A stretch of 64,000 bases of DNA from Gammaproteobacteria bacterium (GTDB taxonomy: Bacteria > Pseudomonadota > Gammaproteobacteria > Steroidobacterales > Foliamicaceae). The stretch covers positions 28,985-92,984 of the forward strand of contig VYBN01000001.1 of assembly GCA_009844425.1 (NCBI GenBank), read 5' to 3'. A program made the translations under genes and the position numbers. Positions 7,450 through 16,655 of this stretch are shown one piece after another. How positions within the stretch are numbered: the first letter of the stretch is position 1; each line of letters begins with the position of its first letter. The notes beneath the pieces were generated by a model that searched no databases, was not told the DNA's origin, and was given only the letters and a program-made list of their open reading frames with translations.

Positions 7450-9957
7450 ATGAACCTGATTCGCACCACCACCTGCGGCGCCGTCGCGTCATTTCTGATC
7501 ACCCCGCTGACCGGCTTCGTGGCGCCGTCGGCATCGGCCCAGATGGCCGCGCTCGAGGAAATCGTCGTGACGGCCCGAAAACGCGAGGAGAGCATCCAGG
7601 ACGTGCCGCTCTCCATCACGGCGTTCACCGGAGCGGAGCTGGAGCGTGGAGGCTATGTGGACCTGGAGGATATTTCGTTCCGGACCGCAGGCATGCAGTT
7701 CAACAACGAGCTGGCCGGAACGCGGCCGGGACGGCTGTTCAGCAACATTCGTTTCCGGGGCGTGGAGGGCAGCGAGTATTCCACGCTGCAGACTGCCTCG
7801 CTGTTCGTCGACGGCGTTTTTGCCCTTCAGGGCGCCCAGACGCTCGCGCTGAGCGACCTGGAGCGGGTGGAGGTCATCAAGGGGCCGCAATCCGCGGCGT
7901 TCGGAAGAAACTCTTTCGCAGGCGCCATCAACTACATCACGCGCGCGCCGGACATGGAGGAATTCTCGGGCAGGGTCAAGGCCGATATCGGTGAGTACGA
8001 CCAGCATGAGCTGGACGTGAGCGCGGACATTCCCATCGCTCCCGGAATGCTCGCCCTGCGAGTAGGGGGGCGCTACTTCAACAAGGGCGCCATGTACCGC
8101 AACGAGGGAGGCGTTGGCGTGGGCAAGCAGCGCTCCGAGTCGATGTTCGCCACGCTGTTCTGGCAGCCTACGGACAACGCCAGCGTCAAACTGCGCTATT
8201 ACCGGCAGGACGACAGCGATGGCCCGGCTGGCGTGACCTTCTATCAGGCCCGGCTGCACGACAGTTGCACGGGCAAGACGATGCCCGGGCTGACGACCGA
8301 CGGGCAGCCCACCACGCTGGAGCCGAAGGAGTTCATATGCGGAACCATTCCGGGGCCAGGCACGATCGGCACTCCAAACCCCAGCCTTTCCCTCAACCCG
8401 TCCAGCTTCCCCGCCGGTTTCGAGAACTTTATCCGCGAATCATTCGTTGAGTCGCCTTCCCAGGTCGAAGGCGTGCCCTACATCGACCATTTCGGAATCG
8501 AGCGCGAGATCACGCGCATCAGCCTGGTGGTGGACTACGAGTTCGCCAACGGCATGTCGCTGGTGGCCACCGCCGCGACCAACGAAAACGCCGCGGCCAA
8601 TCTGCGCGACTGGGACATGACGCCGGACGAGGCCTGGTACGTGTCCAATCCGCAGGCCGGCGAGGACGAGAGCATCGACATCCGCCTGTCTTCGGCGCCG
8701 GATGCCCGGCTGCGCTGGCTGGGCGGGTTCAATTACTACACTCAGGAGTTCCTGACCAGTTCCAACGGCGGCGTGTTCGTGGTGGCCTGCGGCAATCTGG
8801 GCGCTTTCGGAACGCCCGCGCAGTGCGCCAATCCCGCGCGCATACCGGTTGGCGTGGACGGCGGCGATTTCGTGGACGTGCAAGCCTTCTACGGGTCCGT
8901 GTCCTACGACATTACCGAACGGTTCACCGTGGACCTGGAAGCGCGCTGGCAGGACGACACCCGTAGCGACGGCATCGCCGATTTCGAGATCAATTTCCAG
9001 GATTTCCTGCCCCGGATCTCGCTCAGATATCGCATCACCGAAGACATGACGGCCTACGTTACGGTTTCGCGCGGCATTCTTCCGGGCGTCATCAACTCCA
9101 ACATCATCAACTGTGACCCTACGACCTTCAGTGCGCCGTTCATCGATCCGCGCACCGGTCAGCCGAGCACCTCTTCGATGTGCCAGCAATACGTCGATGC
9201 GCTGGGCGCCGACGCGGTGGACGTGACGCCGGTGCAGGAACTCGACGCCTATGAGATCGGGGTGAAGTCCACCTGGATGGACGGACGGCTGGTCGCCAAC
9301 GTGGCGGCCTACTGGCAGGAATGGGGGAACGCGCCCTTCCCGACCTTCGTGACCGTTTACCGCGACGACGACGGCGACGGGGTCCCCAACACGAACCCCA
9401 ACTTCTTCCCGGTCAGCACGCCGGGCAGTTCGGAGTACTCCGGCGTGGAGCTGGAAGTGGATTTCCTGATCTCCGAAGACTGGGACGTCAGCTTCAACTG
9501 GTCGTTCAACGACAACGAGTTCACCAACTTCCTAATCCCCCTGGCGTCGGCCGAGTACGCGCTGGGCACCCGCAACGTCAAGGGGCATCGCTCCAGCCGC
9601 TTCCCGAAGTGGTCCGGCAGTGTTTCCTCCACCTATGGCGGAACCTTCCAGAATGGCTGGGACTGGTCGCTTCGCGGCGATCTCACCTACATGGGCGAGA
9701 CCTTCCCCGGCCTGACCAACCTGGCGACGCTGGAGAGCTACTCGCTGCTCAACCTCCGGTTCGCGGTCGAGCGGAACAACCTGAGGCTGGAGGCCTACCT
9801 GAAAAACGCGCTGGACGAAGATTACTGGCGCACCGGTCAGGAGTACACCGACTTCTCGCGCGTGCTGAGCGTGGGTTTCAATTTCAACAGGCTCGGCCTG
9901 ACGCTGGTGCCGCAGGACAAGCCCACCTTCGGATTGCGCGCCGCGATCGAGTTCTAG
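7450..9957 (+). CDS. TonB-dependent outer-membrane receptor
   Basis: Start trimmed to MNLIRTTTCGAVASF... (signal peptide ...SASAQ). Plug region EEIVVTARKREESIQDVPLSITAF...LERVEVIKGPQSAAFGRNSFAGAINYITR. C-terminal barrel ends ...FGLRAAIEF. Confidence 0.85.
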   Translation: MNLIRTTTCGAVASFLITPLTGFVAPSASAQMAALEEIVVTARKREESIQDVPLSITAFTGAELERGGYVDLEDISFRTAGMQFNNELAGTRPGRLFSNIRFRGVEGSEYSTLQTASLFVDGVFALQGAQTLALSDLERVEVIKGPQSAAFGRNSFAGAINYITRAPDMEEFSGRVKADIGEYDQHELDVSADIPIAPGMLALRVGGRYFNKGAMYRNEGGVGVGKQRSESMFATLFWQPTDNASVKLRYYRQDDSDGPAGVTFYQARLHDSCTGKTMPGLTTDGQPTTLEPKEFICGTIPGPGTIGTPNPSLSLNPSSFPAGFENFIRESFVESPSQVEGVPYIDHFGIEREITRISLVVDYEFANGMSLVATAATNENAAANLRDWDMTPDEAWYVSNPQAGEDESIDIRLSSAPDARLRWLGGFNYYTQEFLTSSNGGVFVVACGNLGAFGTPAQCANPARIPVGVDGGDFVDVQAFYGSVSYDITERFTVDLEARWQDDTRSDGIADFEINFQDFLPRISLRYRITEDMTAYVTVSRGILPGVINSNIINCDPTTFSAPFIDPRTGQPSTSSMCQQYVDALGADAVDVTPVQELDAYEIGVKSTWMDGRLVANVAAYWQEWGNAPFPTFVTVYRDDDGDGVPNTNPNFFPVSTPGSSEYSGVELEVDFLISEDWDVSFNWSFNDNEFTNFLIPLASAEYALGTRNVKGHRSSRFPKWSGSVSSTYGGTFQNGWDWSLRGDLTYMGETFPGLTNLATLESYSLLNLRFAVERNNLRLEAYLKNALDEDYWRTGQEYTDFSRVLSVGFNFNRLGLTLVPQDKPTFGLRAAIEF

Positions 9958-9993
9958 CGCGGCGCTGACGCTACAACCGTACAGGAACAGCTT

Positions 9994-10545
9994 ATGGAAA
10001 CCCGCGACGTACCGCTGGTGGAAGCCACGCCCGAGGCCCTGGCCGCATGCGGGGAAATGCTGGGCCGCCACCCCGGCGCGAAGGCCTTGCCGATCCAGTT
10101 CTACGAGGGTTCGGTGCAGACCTACCGCCCGGTGGATTTCCGGTCGGACGAACAGACCGAACTCAGCCTCGCACACGTGCGGCGGCGCCCCTTCGAGGTG
10201 CACTGGATCGAACGCCATTTCAAGCACACGCAGACCTTCATTCCGCTGGGCGGCGCGCCTTTTGTCGCGGTCATGGCGCCGCCCACGGACGGGGACCTGC
10301 CGGACCTCGATCAGGTCCGCGCGTATCACTTCGACGGCTCGGCCGGTTTCACCATGAAGGTGGGCACCTGGCACGAGTTCCCGTTCGCGGTAGAGGATGA
10401 GGCCGATATCGTGGTGGTGCTGAGACGCGAGGCGACGCAGAGCCTGCTCGACACCGACCCCGCCACGGGCGAGGTGCGCGGCCCCGACATCCAGAAGCAG
10501 GACCTGATCAAGCAGCACGGCGTACGACTGAAATTCGACGTATGA
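9994..10545 (+). CDS. ureidoglycolate lyase (AllA)-like family protein
   Basis: 183 aa. Segment WIERHFKHTQTFIPLGG...TWHEFPF resembles the ureidoglycolate lyase/hydrolase fold. Confidence 0.6.
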   Translation: METRDVPLVEATPEALAACGEMLGRHPGAKALPIQFYEGSVQTYRPVDFRSDEQTELSLAHVRRRPFEVHWIERHFKHTQTFIPLGGAPFVAVMAPPTDGDLPDLDQVRAYHFDGSAGFTMKVGTWHEFPFAVEDEADIVVVLRREATQSLLDTDPATGEVRGPDIQKQDLIKQHGVRLKFDV

Positions 10546-10578
10546 GGCAGCGCCTGGTCCGTTTGCGCTAGCGGAGCG

Positions 10579-11388
10579 ATGACCAAGGAACACATAGAAA
10601 ACCTGGCGGCGCTCGACGTCACGCCAATCGCGTGGGACCCGCCGGGCCTCGCATCCGGCGCCCAACTACGTCCACTTGCCCGGGACCCCGCCAGTGGCGG
10701 CTTTACCGGACTGGTCGACCTGCCGCCCGGCTTCGACAGCGCCAGCGGCCTGAGTTGCACCGTGGAGATGCGCCTGTTCGTCATCGACGGAGAATTTCAG
10801 ATGGGCGAAAACCGGCTCGGACCCGGCGGTTTCTGCTACCACCCGGCCGGCTCCGGACAAGGCCGCTGGCGATCGCCGAAGGGCGCACGCGCATTCGTCG
10901 TTTACCTGGAAGGCCCTGAGTTTCGACCCGATCGAGGCTCCCCCGCGCCCGATGCGATCCCGGCGCTGGACTCTTTCGCCATGGACTGGCACAACCCGCT
11001 GGACGCCAGCGACCCGTCCCAGGACTTTCGCCCCGGCATCTTCGTGAAGGTCCTGCACGTGGACCCGGAAACGAGAGCGAGCACGCACCTGGCCGGCCTG
11101 ATGCCCGGCTGGTACGCGGAAGGCATGGAATCGCACCCCGTGTACGAGGAAAACTACTGCCTGCAGGGCGACGTTCTGATCGGCGAAGTCGGCGATGAAA
11201 CGGGCTACACGATGGTGGTGGGCAGCTACCTGTGCCGGCCCCCCGGCGTCATTCACGGGCCGCTGGCCAGCAAGAACGGCAACGTCAACCTCTGCTTCAC
11301 CCACGGCCTGCTCGGTATCGACTACAGCGAGAACCCACGGTCCATGGACCTCATCCGCAAGCACCTCCGAAACCACCCCTGGACCTGA
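10579..11388 (+). CDS. bicupin-like protein
   Basis: 269 aa. Segment HPVYEENYCLQGDVLIGEVGDETGYTMVVGSYLCRPPGVIHGP is paralogous to 2017-2880 and 4575-5417. Confidence 0.55.
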   Translation: MTKEHIENLAALDVTPIAWDPPGLASGAQLRPLARDPASGGFTGLVDLPPGFDSASGLSCTVEMRLFVIDGEFQMGENRLGPGGFCYHPAGSGQGRWRSPKGARAFVVYLEGPEFRPDRGSPAPDAIPALDSFAMDWHNPLDASDPSQDFRPGIFVKVLHVDPETRASTHLAGLMPGWYAEGMESHPVYEENYCLQGDVLIGEVGDETGYTMVVGSYLCRPPGVIHGPLASKNGNVNLCFTHGLLGIDYSENPRSMDLIRKHLRNHPWT

Positions 11389-11411
11389 CGCCAGACTGCA
11401 CTCCACATCGC

Positions 11412-12611
11412 ATGCAGGTAAATCTCGAACGCGCGCGCGCCAGGATGGAGGAAGCGGGCCTGGAAGCGATGGTGTGCGTACAGCCCGTCAACGTCTACTA
11501 CGCCAGCGGCTACGAGTCCGACTGGCTGTTCGACTACCAGTGGGCAGGCTGCGCGATCCTGCCGCTGACCGAGGACCGGCCCGCCACGCTGATCGTGCAC
11601 GACGTCGAGCTGACCAACCTGGCCGAGCACCCGAGCTGGATGCCGGAATTGCGGGTCTATGAGACGCAGGTGGGCGACGACATTTTCAGCCACTACACGG
11701 TGGATGAGGAAGCCGAACTCGAGGAATCAGACCGCAAGACGCTGGCGCTGATGGAAGCGACGCGCGCCACGGCCAGCACGGGCGTGGTGGAGGCGATCCT
11801 GAAGGCGCTTGGCGACGGCGGCTACCGCAGGCTCGGCTTCGACGACGCGCGCCTGGCCGCGCTTTGCGCCGAACGCCTGAAACACGTGCAATGCTTCGAC
11901 CGCCCCGAACTGATGACGATGATCCGGGCGGTCAAGACGACCGCCGAGCTGGAACTGATGCGCGAGGCGGGCCGCCGCAACCAGCGGGCGCTCAGCGTCG
12001 CCATCGACGCGGCCGGCGTGGGCGTCAAGTGGTCGGACATTCGCCGGGCCTGGCACCTCTCCGTGGCCGAACAGGACTGCATGCCCTGGTGCATCTACGT
12101 CGGCGCGGGCCACAAGAGCATGGGCCTGTGGCACGACCACGATTACCCGATTCGCGAGGGGGACCAGTTGTGCTTCGACTCCATGCTCACCTGGCAGCGC
12201 TACTTCGGCGACATGCAGCGGACCTGCGTCATGGGAACGCCCAGCGCCAAGCTGCAGCGCTACTGGGATGCCGCCTACGCCGCCGCCGAAGCCGTATTCG
12301 ACGCCATGCGCCCGGGCGTAAACACGGTGGAGCTGCGCAAGCTGGCGCTGGAAGTCGGCAAGCGCGGCGGGATCAAGGGATTCCGCCATGCCTTCATGCA
12401 CGGGCTGGGACTGGAACACCTGGAACTGCCCAGCGCTTCACCGGGTCTTAGCGGCTTCGACCTGGAGGAAGGCATGGTCGTGAACATGGACATGGAAGTG
12501 TGCGAGATCGGTTTCGGCGGCATTTACTATGAGAACACCCTGCTGATCGGGCGCAACGGTCCCGAATATCTCTGCGATATGCCCCGCGAACTGATACACC
12601 TGCCCTGCTGA
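11412..12611 (+). CDS. M24-family metallohydrolase (creatinase/prolidase-like), second paralog
   Basis: Start trimmed to MQVNLERARARMEEAGLEAMVCVQPVNVYYASGY. C-terminal FMHGLGLEHLELP and GMVVNMDMEV match the paralog at 796-2001. Confidence 0.8.
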   Translation: MQVNLERARARMEEAGLEAMVCVQPVNVYYASGYESDWLFDYQWAGCAILPLTEDRPATLIVHDVELTNLAEHPSWMPELRVYETQVGDDIFSHYTVDEEAELEESDRKTLALMEATRATASTGVVEAILKALGDGGYRRLGFDDARLAALCAERLKHVQCFDRPELMTMIRAVKTTAELELMREAGRRNQRALSVAIDAAGVGVKWSDIRRAWHLSVAEQDCMPWCIYVGAGHKSMGLWHDHDYPIREGDQLCFDSMLTWQRYFGDMQRTCVMGTPSAKLQRYWDAAYAAAEAVFDAMRPGVNTVELRKLALEVGKRGGIKGFRHAFMHGLGLEHLELPSASPGLSGFDLEEGMVVNMDMEVCEIGFGGIYYENTLLIGRNGPEYLCDMPRELIHLPC

Positions 12612-12625
12612 GCGAACTGAGTCTG

Positions 12626-12898
12626 ATGGCGAAACGAAACGACTGGCTGGGCGACGAGATGCTGGACCGCATGATGAACGTCATCATGGGTCTGGCCGAG
12701 GAGCTCTACGTCACGCGCGACCGCCTGCAGGTGATGGAGCGCGTGCTGGAAAGCCGAGGCGCGCTGGATCGCGAAGAAATCGACAACTGGAAGCCCGACG
12801 AAGGCCAGCGGGAAAAAATCCTGCGCGATCGCGACGCCTTCATCCAGGCCGTTCTGTCGCGCGCGCTCGACAAGCCCCCCGGGGAACCTCCGGAGTGA
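12626..12898 (+). CDS. hypothetical small acidic protein (90 aa)
   Basis: Clean ORF with a 14-nt spacer after the preceding gene and no competing frame. No family recognised. Confidence 0.4.
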   Translation: MAKRNDWLGDEMLDRMMNVIMGLAEELYVTRDRLQVMERVLESRGALDREEIDNWKPDEGQREKILRDRDAFIQAVLSRALDKPPGEPPE

Positions 12899-12987
12899 AG
12901 GGAACTTAACAACTCACTTGGGAATATTTCAGCAGGATTACCAATACACTTGGGAAAATTGTCGCAGTGCCTACGTGCATCGGGAGG

Positions 12988-13041
12988 CTAAACGCCCTGC
13001 TTCAAGCCAGCTTCGATGAACGGGCCCAGGGCGCCGTTCAG
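12988..13041 (-). pseudogene. orphan copy of the prfB 3' end (last 17 codons + stop)
   Basis: Encodes [17 protein letters not shown], identical to the C-terminus of the real prfB (35633-35686). There are 6 nt differences, all synonymous, and the last 23 nt are identical. Confidence 0.85.
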
Positions 13042-13847
13042 CCGGCCCCTGCGAGAATTCGATCGACCTGCGGTCCGGCCTCATTGCCGCCCATCTGCAT
13101 GAGTTCCAGCCATTGCGGGATATGCGGCTTCGCGATGGCGGTGTCCCAGCTTTCGCGCCCCTGAAGAGCTTCGTACCATCTTGCAACGGACGAGCGCGTG
13201 GACCACATGCCGGAAAGGCCGAGACAGTCAAGACGGTGTACGTACGGCGCCAGGTTGAAATCCGCCAATGTGGGCGCGTCGCCGGCAAGCCACGGCGAAT
13301 CCGCCAGCGCAAGATCCATTTCCTCAAGCAATCCGTCGAACACCTGGATTGCCGTTACGAACGCCGGCGCTTCAAAAGCCATCTCGAATGCTTGCCTTTG
13401 CATCTCCCGGCTGACCGGATCCCGCACGTTTGCGAGGTGTCCGGCAACCTTGTCGGGCGTATCCAGTTGCTGCAGGAACGCATGCCGCAGCGCGACGACG
13501 AAACTGACCACCGTGGTATGGGGGTTGTGGATGCCCTGATCGACCAGCAACGACCAGTATCTGGCATGCGCGCGTCCGACCGGATCTTCGGGCAGGAGCC
13601 TGCGTCCCGCGAACACTTCCTCCAGGTATTCGTTAATGATCGCCGACTCACGAATCACGCGATCACCGTGCACGGCCACCGGGACAATGCCCTTGGGATT
13701 CAGCTCGAGGAATTCCGGCTGGTATTGAGCTCCCTGATCCAGCGGGACGGCCCGCTCCGTAACTTCGATTTGCTTTTCCGCAATGACCAAACGGACTTTC
13801 TGGCAGCAAACGGACTCGGCAAAGTCGTAAAGAACAAGTTCACTCAT
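13038..13847 (-). CDS. glutathione S-transferase family protein
   Basis: Start trimmed to MSELVLYDFAESVCCQKVRLVIAEKQIEV...LNPKGIVPVAVHGDRVIRESAIINEYLEE (thioredoxin-like GST N-domain). It has a C-terminal helical domain. Confidence 0.75.
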   Translation of the reverse strand: MSELVLYDFAESVCCQKVRLVIAEKQIEVTERAVPLDQGAQYQPEFLELNPKGIVPVAVHGDRVIRESAIINEYLEEVFAGRRLLPEDPVGRAHARYWSLLVDQGIHNPHTTVVSFVVALRHAFLQQLDTPDKVAGHLANVRDPVSREMQRQAFEMAFEAPAFVTAIQVFDGLLEEMDLALADSPWLAGDAPTLADFNLAPYVHRLDCLGLSGMWSTRSSVARWYEALQGRESWDTAIAKPHIPQWLELMQMGGNEAGPQVDRILAGAG

Positions 13848-13863
13848 CGGTACCCGATCCCTG

Positions 13864-13992
13864 CTATGACCCGGTCGAATCGCGTCGACTCTTGTTGTCG
13901 CGAGCGATTCCCACAATCGCTATGCCCGCAAAAACCGCCATGACGGCGATGACGCCCAGCATCCAGAATCGCGTTACCACCAGATCATCCAT
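13864..13992 (-). CDS. putative 42-aa single-pass membrane peptide
   Basis: MDDLVVTRFWMLGVIAVMAVFAGIAIVGIARDNKSRRDSTGS. GGAG lies 7 nt upstream of the ATG. Too short for the ORF track and unverified. Confidence 0.3.
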   Translation of the reverse strand: MDDLVVTRFWMLGVIAVMAVFAGIAIVGIARDNKSRRDSTGS

Positions 13993-13994
13993 AG

Positions 13995-14105
13995 TTAATC
14001 TCCATTGCCTTCAGGGAGTCGTATGACAAACTTCTGAATGAGGTAGGCAATCACCAGCACTACGGCCAGGACGGCGACTGCCTGAAAGAAAATGGTCCAG
14101 AACAC
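13995..14105 (-). CDS. putative 36-aa membrane peptide coupled to the symporter
   Basis: The GTG is preceded by GGAGGA at 6-nt spacing, immediately after the symporter stop. Sequence (M)FWTIFFQAVAVLAVVLVIAYLIQKFVIRLPEGNGD. Confidence 0.4.
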   Translation of the reverse strand: MFWTIFFQAVAVLAVVLVIAYLIQKFVIRLPEGNGD

Positions 14106-14116
14106 TGAGTTTCCTC

Positions 14117-15586
14117 CTAGCTGCCGGCAATCCGCGCCGAGTATTCCGGCGAACGAAAATACCCCGGAGGGGCACTTCGAAACGCAATGTTGGCAACGGT
14201 TCCCACAATGATTGTCACGGCAAGAACCACATACGCATTCGGCAACTGAGCCGCGCCAAGCGCCTGCGGCAGCGGCGTAAAGGTCCACGCCATGTTCACG
14301 ATCCAGGCTACGCCCACCACCAGGCCCGCAGCGGTATTCGACCGCCGCCAGAAAAGACCGCTGAAGACGAGCCACATCACCGGGATCATCCAGGAAAGCA
14401 ACCAGCCGATCGATGCCAGGATCGGCGGCAGGAACGTGGCAACGGCCATGGCGGCAACAGCCAGACCAACGATGGCATAGCGGGTCACCCGGGCGGTGTC
14501 CCGCTCGGTTGCATCCCGGTTGTACAAGCGCTTGTAGAGATCCATGCTGAAGATCGTTGCCGGTCCCAGGCAGGTCATTGCAAATGTCGAAATAACGGCT
14601 GCGAGAAATGACGCCAGCAGGAGCGAGGCCAGCCATTCCGGTAAAAGCTGAACAAGCATCGCGGGCGCGGCGATCTTCGGACCCAGGGCATTGAATTCCG
14701 GAAGCGCCTTCGCGGTCATGCCGAGAACCACGGTGAATACACCGAACAGCCCGTTCAGAGGCACGGCGATCCACAGCGCCCTTGAAATAACGCGCTCGCT
14801 CCTGGCCGAAAGCGCGACCTGAACAAAAAACTGGCTGACCGGGACGCTGAAATTCACTGCCACAAACAGGCCAAGCGCAAAGGTGAGCAGCAATTCCGTC
14901 GGTCCGAATATCGTCAGCATGTGCGCCTGGTCGGTCGTCTGGTAGTACTCGCTGACAGTCCCGAACCCGTCCGGCAGCCCGATTGCAATATAGATTGTTG
15001 CAAGAATCAGACTGACGTACATGAGAATCGCATTCACCAGGTTGATCCAGCCAACTTCCTTCATGCCCGCAAAAATCACATAGGCCACGCCGAGCAGCCC
15101 GCCCACAATCGCGCCGTTTCTTATGCTCCAGCCGGTCATGGAAGCCAGGATGATTCCGATACCCTGCGTCTCCAGGGTCAGGATGCCGAAAATGGTTCCC
15201 GCCATGACACACGAAACAATGATTCTGAGGTTTCGCCCATGCATCATTTCCAGCAGTTCGGGCACGGTCGTCAGTCTGAGTCGACGCATCCAGCGCCCGG
15301 TGGACAAACAAACCACCGCGATGGCAACGGCATTCGCCAGGCCAAACCACAATGCGGTTCCGCCCATCAGCCAGGCGAGCTCAAAGATGCCGAGGATGTG
15401 AGCCGTTCCCAGGATGGTGAGAGCCATCGTGGGGGTGACGACAGCCACAGGGAGCGTTCTGCTTGCCAGCTCGAATGCGCCGTCCTGCGCCGCGGCGCGT
15501 CTGGCCCGGCTCGTGAGCCACCAGGCGATACCGCCAATAAGAACCAGTTCGTAGGCTATTACCGCTATGAGCAAGGTGGTGTTCAT
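14117..15586 (-). CDS. sodium:solute symporter (SSF) family transporter
   Basis: 489 aa, polytopic and hydrophobic throughout. N-terminus MNTTLLIAVIAYELVLIGGIAWWLTSR is typical of the SSF family. Confidence 0.85.
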   Translation of the reverse strand: MNTTLLIAVIAYELVLIGGIAWWLTSRARRAAAQDGAFELASRTLPVAVVTPTMALTILGTAHILGIFELAWLMGGTALWFGLANAVAIAVVCLSTGRWMRRLRLTTVPELLEMMHGRNLRIIVSCVMAGTIFGILTLETQGIGIILASMTGWSIRNGAIVGGLLGVAYVIFAGMKEVGWINLVNAILMYVSLILATIYIAIGLPDGFGTVSEYYQTTDQAHMLTIFGPTELLLTFALGLFVAVNFSVPVSQFFVQVALSARSERVISRALWIAVPLNGLFGVFTVVLGMTAKALPEFNALGPKIAAPAMLVQLLPEWLASLLLASFLAAVISTFAMTCLGPATIFSMDLYKRLYNRDATERDTARVTRYAIVGLAVAAMAVATFLPPILASIGWLLSWMIPVMWLVFSGLFWRRSNTAAGLVVGVAWIVNMAWTFTPLPQALGAAQLPNAYVVLAVTIIVGTVANIAFRSAPPGYFRSPEYSARIAGS

Positions 15587-15661
15587 TAACAGGCTCCCGG
15601 CATTTTTCGACGCACGCTTACGGCGAGTTCATCGCGTCCGCTTACGCGCACTATATTGTTT

Positions 15662-15679
15662 CTTGTAGAATGTTACAAG
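15662..15679. promoter_or_regulatory. perfect palindrome CTTGTA-N6-TACAAG, candidate GntR-family operator
   Basis: cttgtagaatgttacaag lies in the divergent symporter/coxM intergenic region. It fits the GT-N-AC type half-sites used by GntR/FadR regulators, and a GntR gene is in the cluster. A related tgtattaca lies at 23061-23069. Confidence 0.35.
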
Positions 15680-15767
15680 ACATATCAAAGGCGCATTACA
15701 ACCTGGCTGTGCATTGCGGCATCGCGGCCAATGTATTCGCGCAGGGAACCGAAATGGAGGTCCCGAA

Positions 15768-16640
15768 GTGGCACTGACAACGCTGGAGGAAATTCTGCAG
15801 CCTGAGAGCGTTGACGAAGTTGCGGAACTGCTGCTGAGTCACGGTGAATCGGCCATGGTCATGGCGGGCGGAACGTTCATCCATGGTCTGGTTGCAAGAG
15901 GGCTTGTGACGGACGTAACGAAGCTGATTGACCTGTCCGGACTGGGGCTGAATCAGTTGCAGACGGACCGCAAGTCGCTCCGGATCGGGTCCGCAGTCAC
16001 GTTTGCCGATCTCGAGGGTTCCGAGACGATCCGGTCTTCCGCAGTTCTTGCGGCGCTGGTGGATGCTGTCTCCTATCCGCCGCAGCAGATCAAGAATGCG
16101 GCGACTGTAGGTGGGTGCGTTGCGAGCGCCTGTCCGTACCTTGATCTGCCCATTGTCCTGCTCGCGCTGGAGGCCTCGGCAACGGCTGCGGGATCGACGG
16201 GAAAGCGCGAGATTCCGTTGGACGAACTGTTTGTGTCCCTGTTTCAGACCAGTCTGAATACGGACGAGTTCATTACCGGCTTCACGGTTCCCCTACCCTC
16301 CGCGGGAACGGCTTCGTCATTCGAGAAAATTGAAACGACGGCCAACGACCTTTCCATCGTGAGTGTCGCAGTGCGGGTAAGCACAGGATGGCGCAAGTCC
16401 AGAAACAGCCGGATTTTCGTTGGTGGAGGAATCGGGGAAGTTCCGTTCCGCTGCCGGGCCGCCGAAGTCATCCTGGACGGCTCCAAACTGGAGGATGAAG
16501 CGTTGCGGAAAGCGGCCGGGGCGGCCGTCGAGGAGATCGAGCCGTTCGGCGACCATCGCGCCAGCGCCGAGTATCGCAAGGCGATGACGGGTGTTCTGGT
16601 TGAACGTAATCTGCGCCAGGCGCGGGCGCGAATCCAGTAA
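15768..16640 (+). CDS. molybdenum hydroxylase FAD-binding (medium) subunit, CoxM/XdhB-like
   Basis: GTG start after GGAGG. Sequence VALTTLEEILQPESVDEVAELLLSHGESAMVMAGGTFI. C-terminal DHRASAEYRKAM motif. Confidence 0.8.
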   Translation: MALTTLEEILQPESVDEVAELLLSHGESAMVMAGGTFIHGLVARGLVTDVTKLIDLSGLGLNQLQTDRKSLRIGSAVTFADLEGSETIRSSAVLAALVDAVSYPPQQIKNAATVGGCVASACPYLDLPIVLLALEASATAAGSTGKREIPLDELFVSLFQTSLNTDEFITGFTVPLPSAGTASSFEKIETTANDLSIVSVAVRVSTGWRKSRNSRIFVGGGIGEVPFRCRAAEVILDGSKLEDEALRKAAGAAVEEIEPFGDHRASAEYRKAMTGVLVERNLRQARARIQ

Positions 16641-16655
16641 ACGGGGGGTCGGAGC

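Noticed and set aside
12916-12928. Exact 13-mer acttgggaatatt shared between the AT-rich spacer after the small gene (12916-12928) and the ATPase upstream region (27137-27149), with nearby ggaaa(a)ttgt similarity.
   Set aside because: I estimated the expected number of chance 13-mer matches in 64 kb on both strands at tens under uniform base composition. AT-rich words are rarer in this GC-rich sequence, but the surrounding similarity is patchy, so I could not distinguish it from chance.
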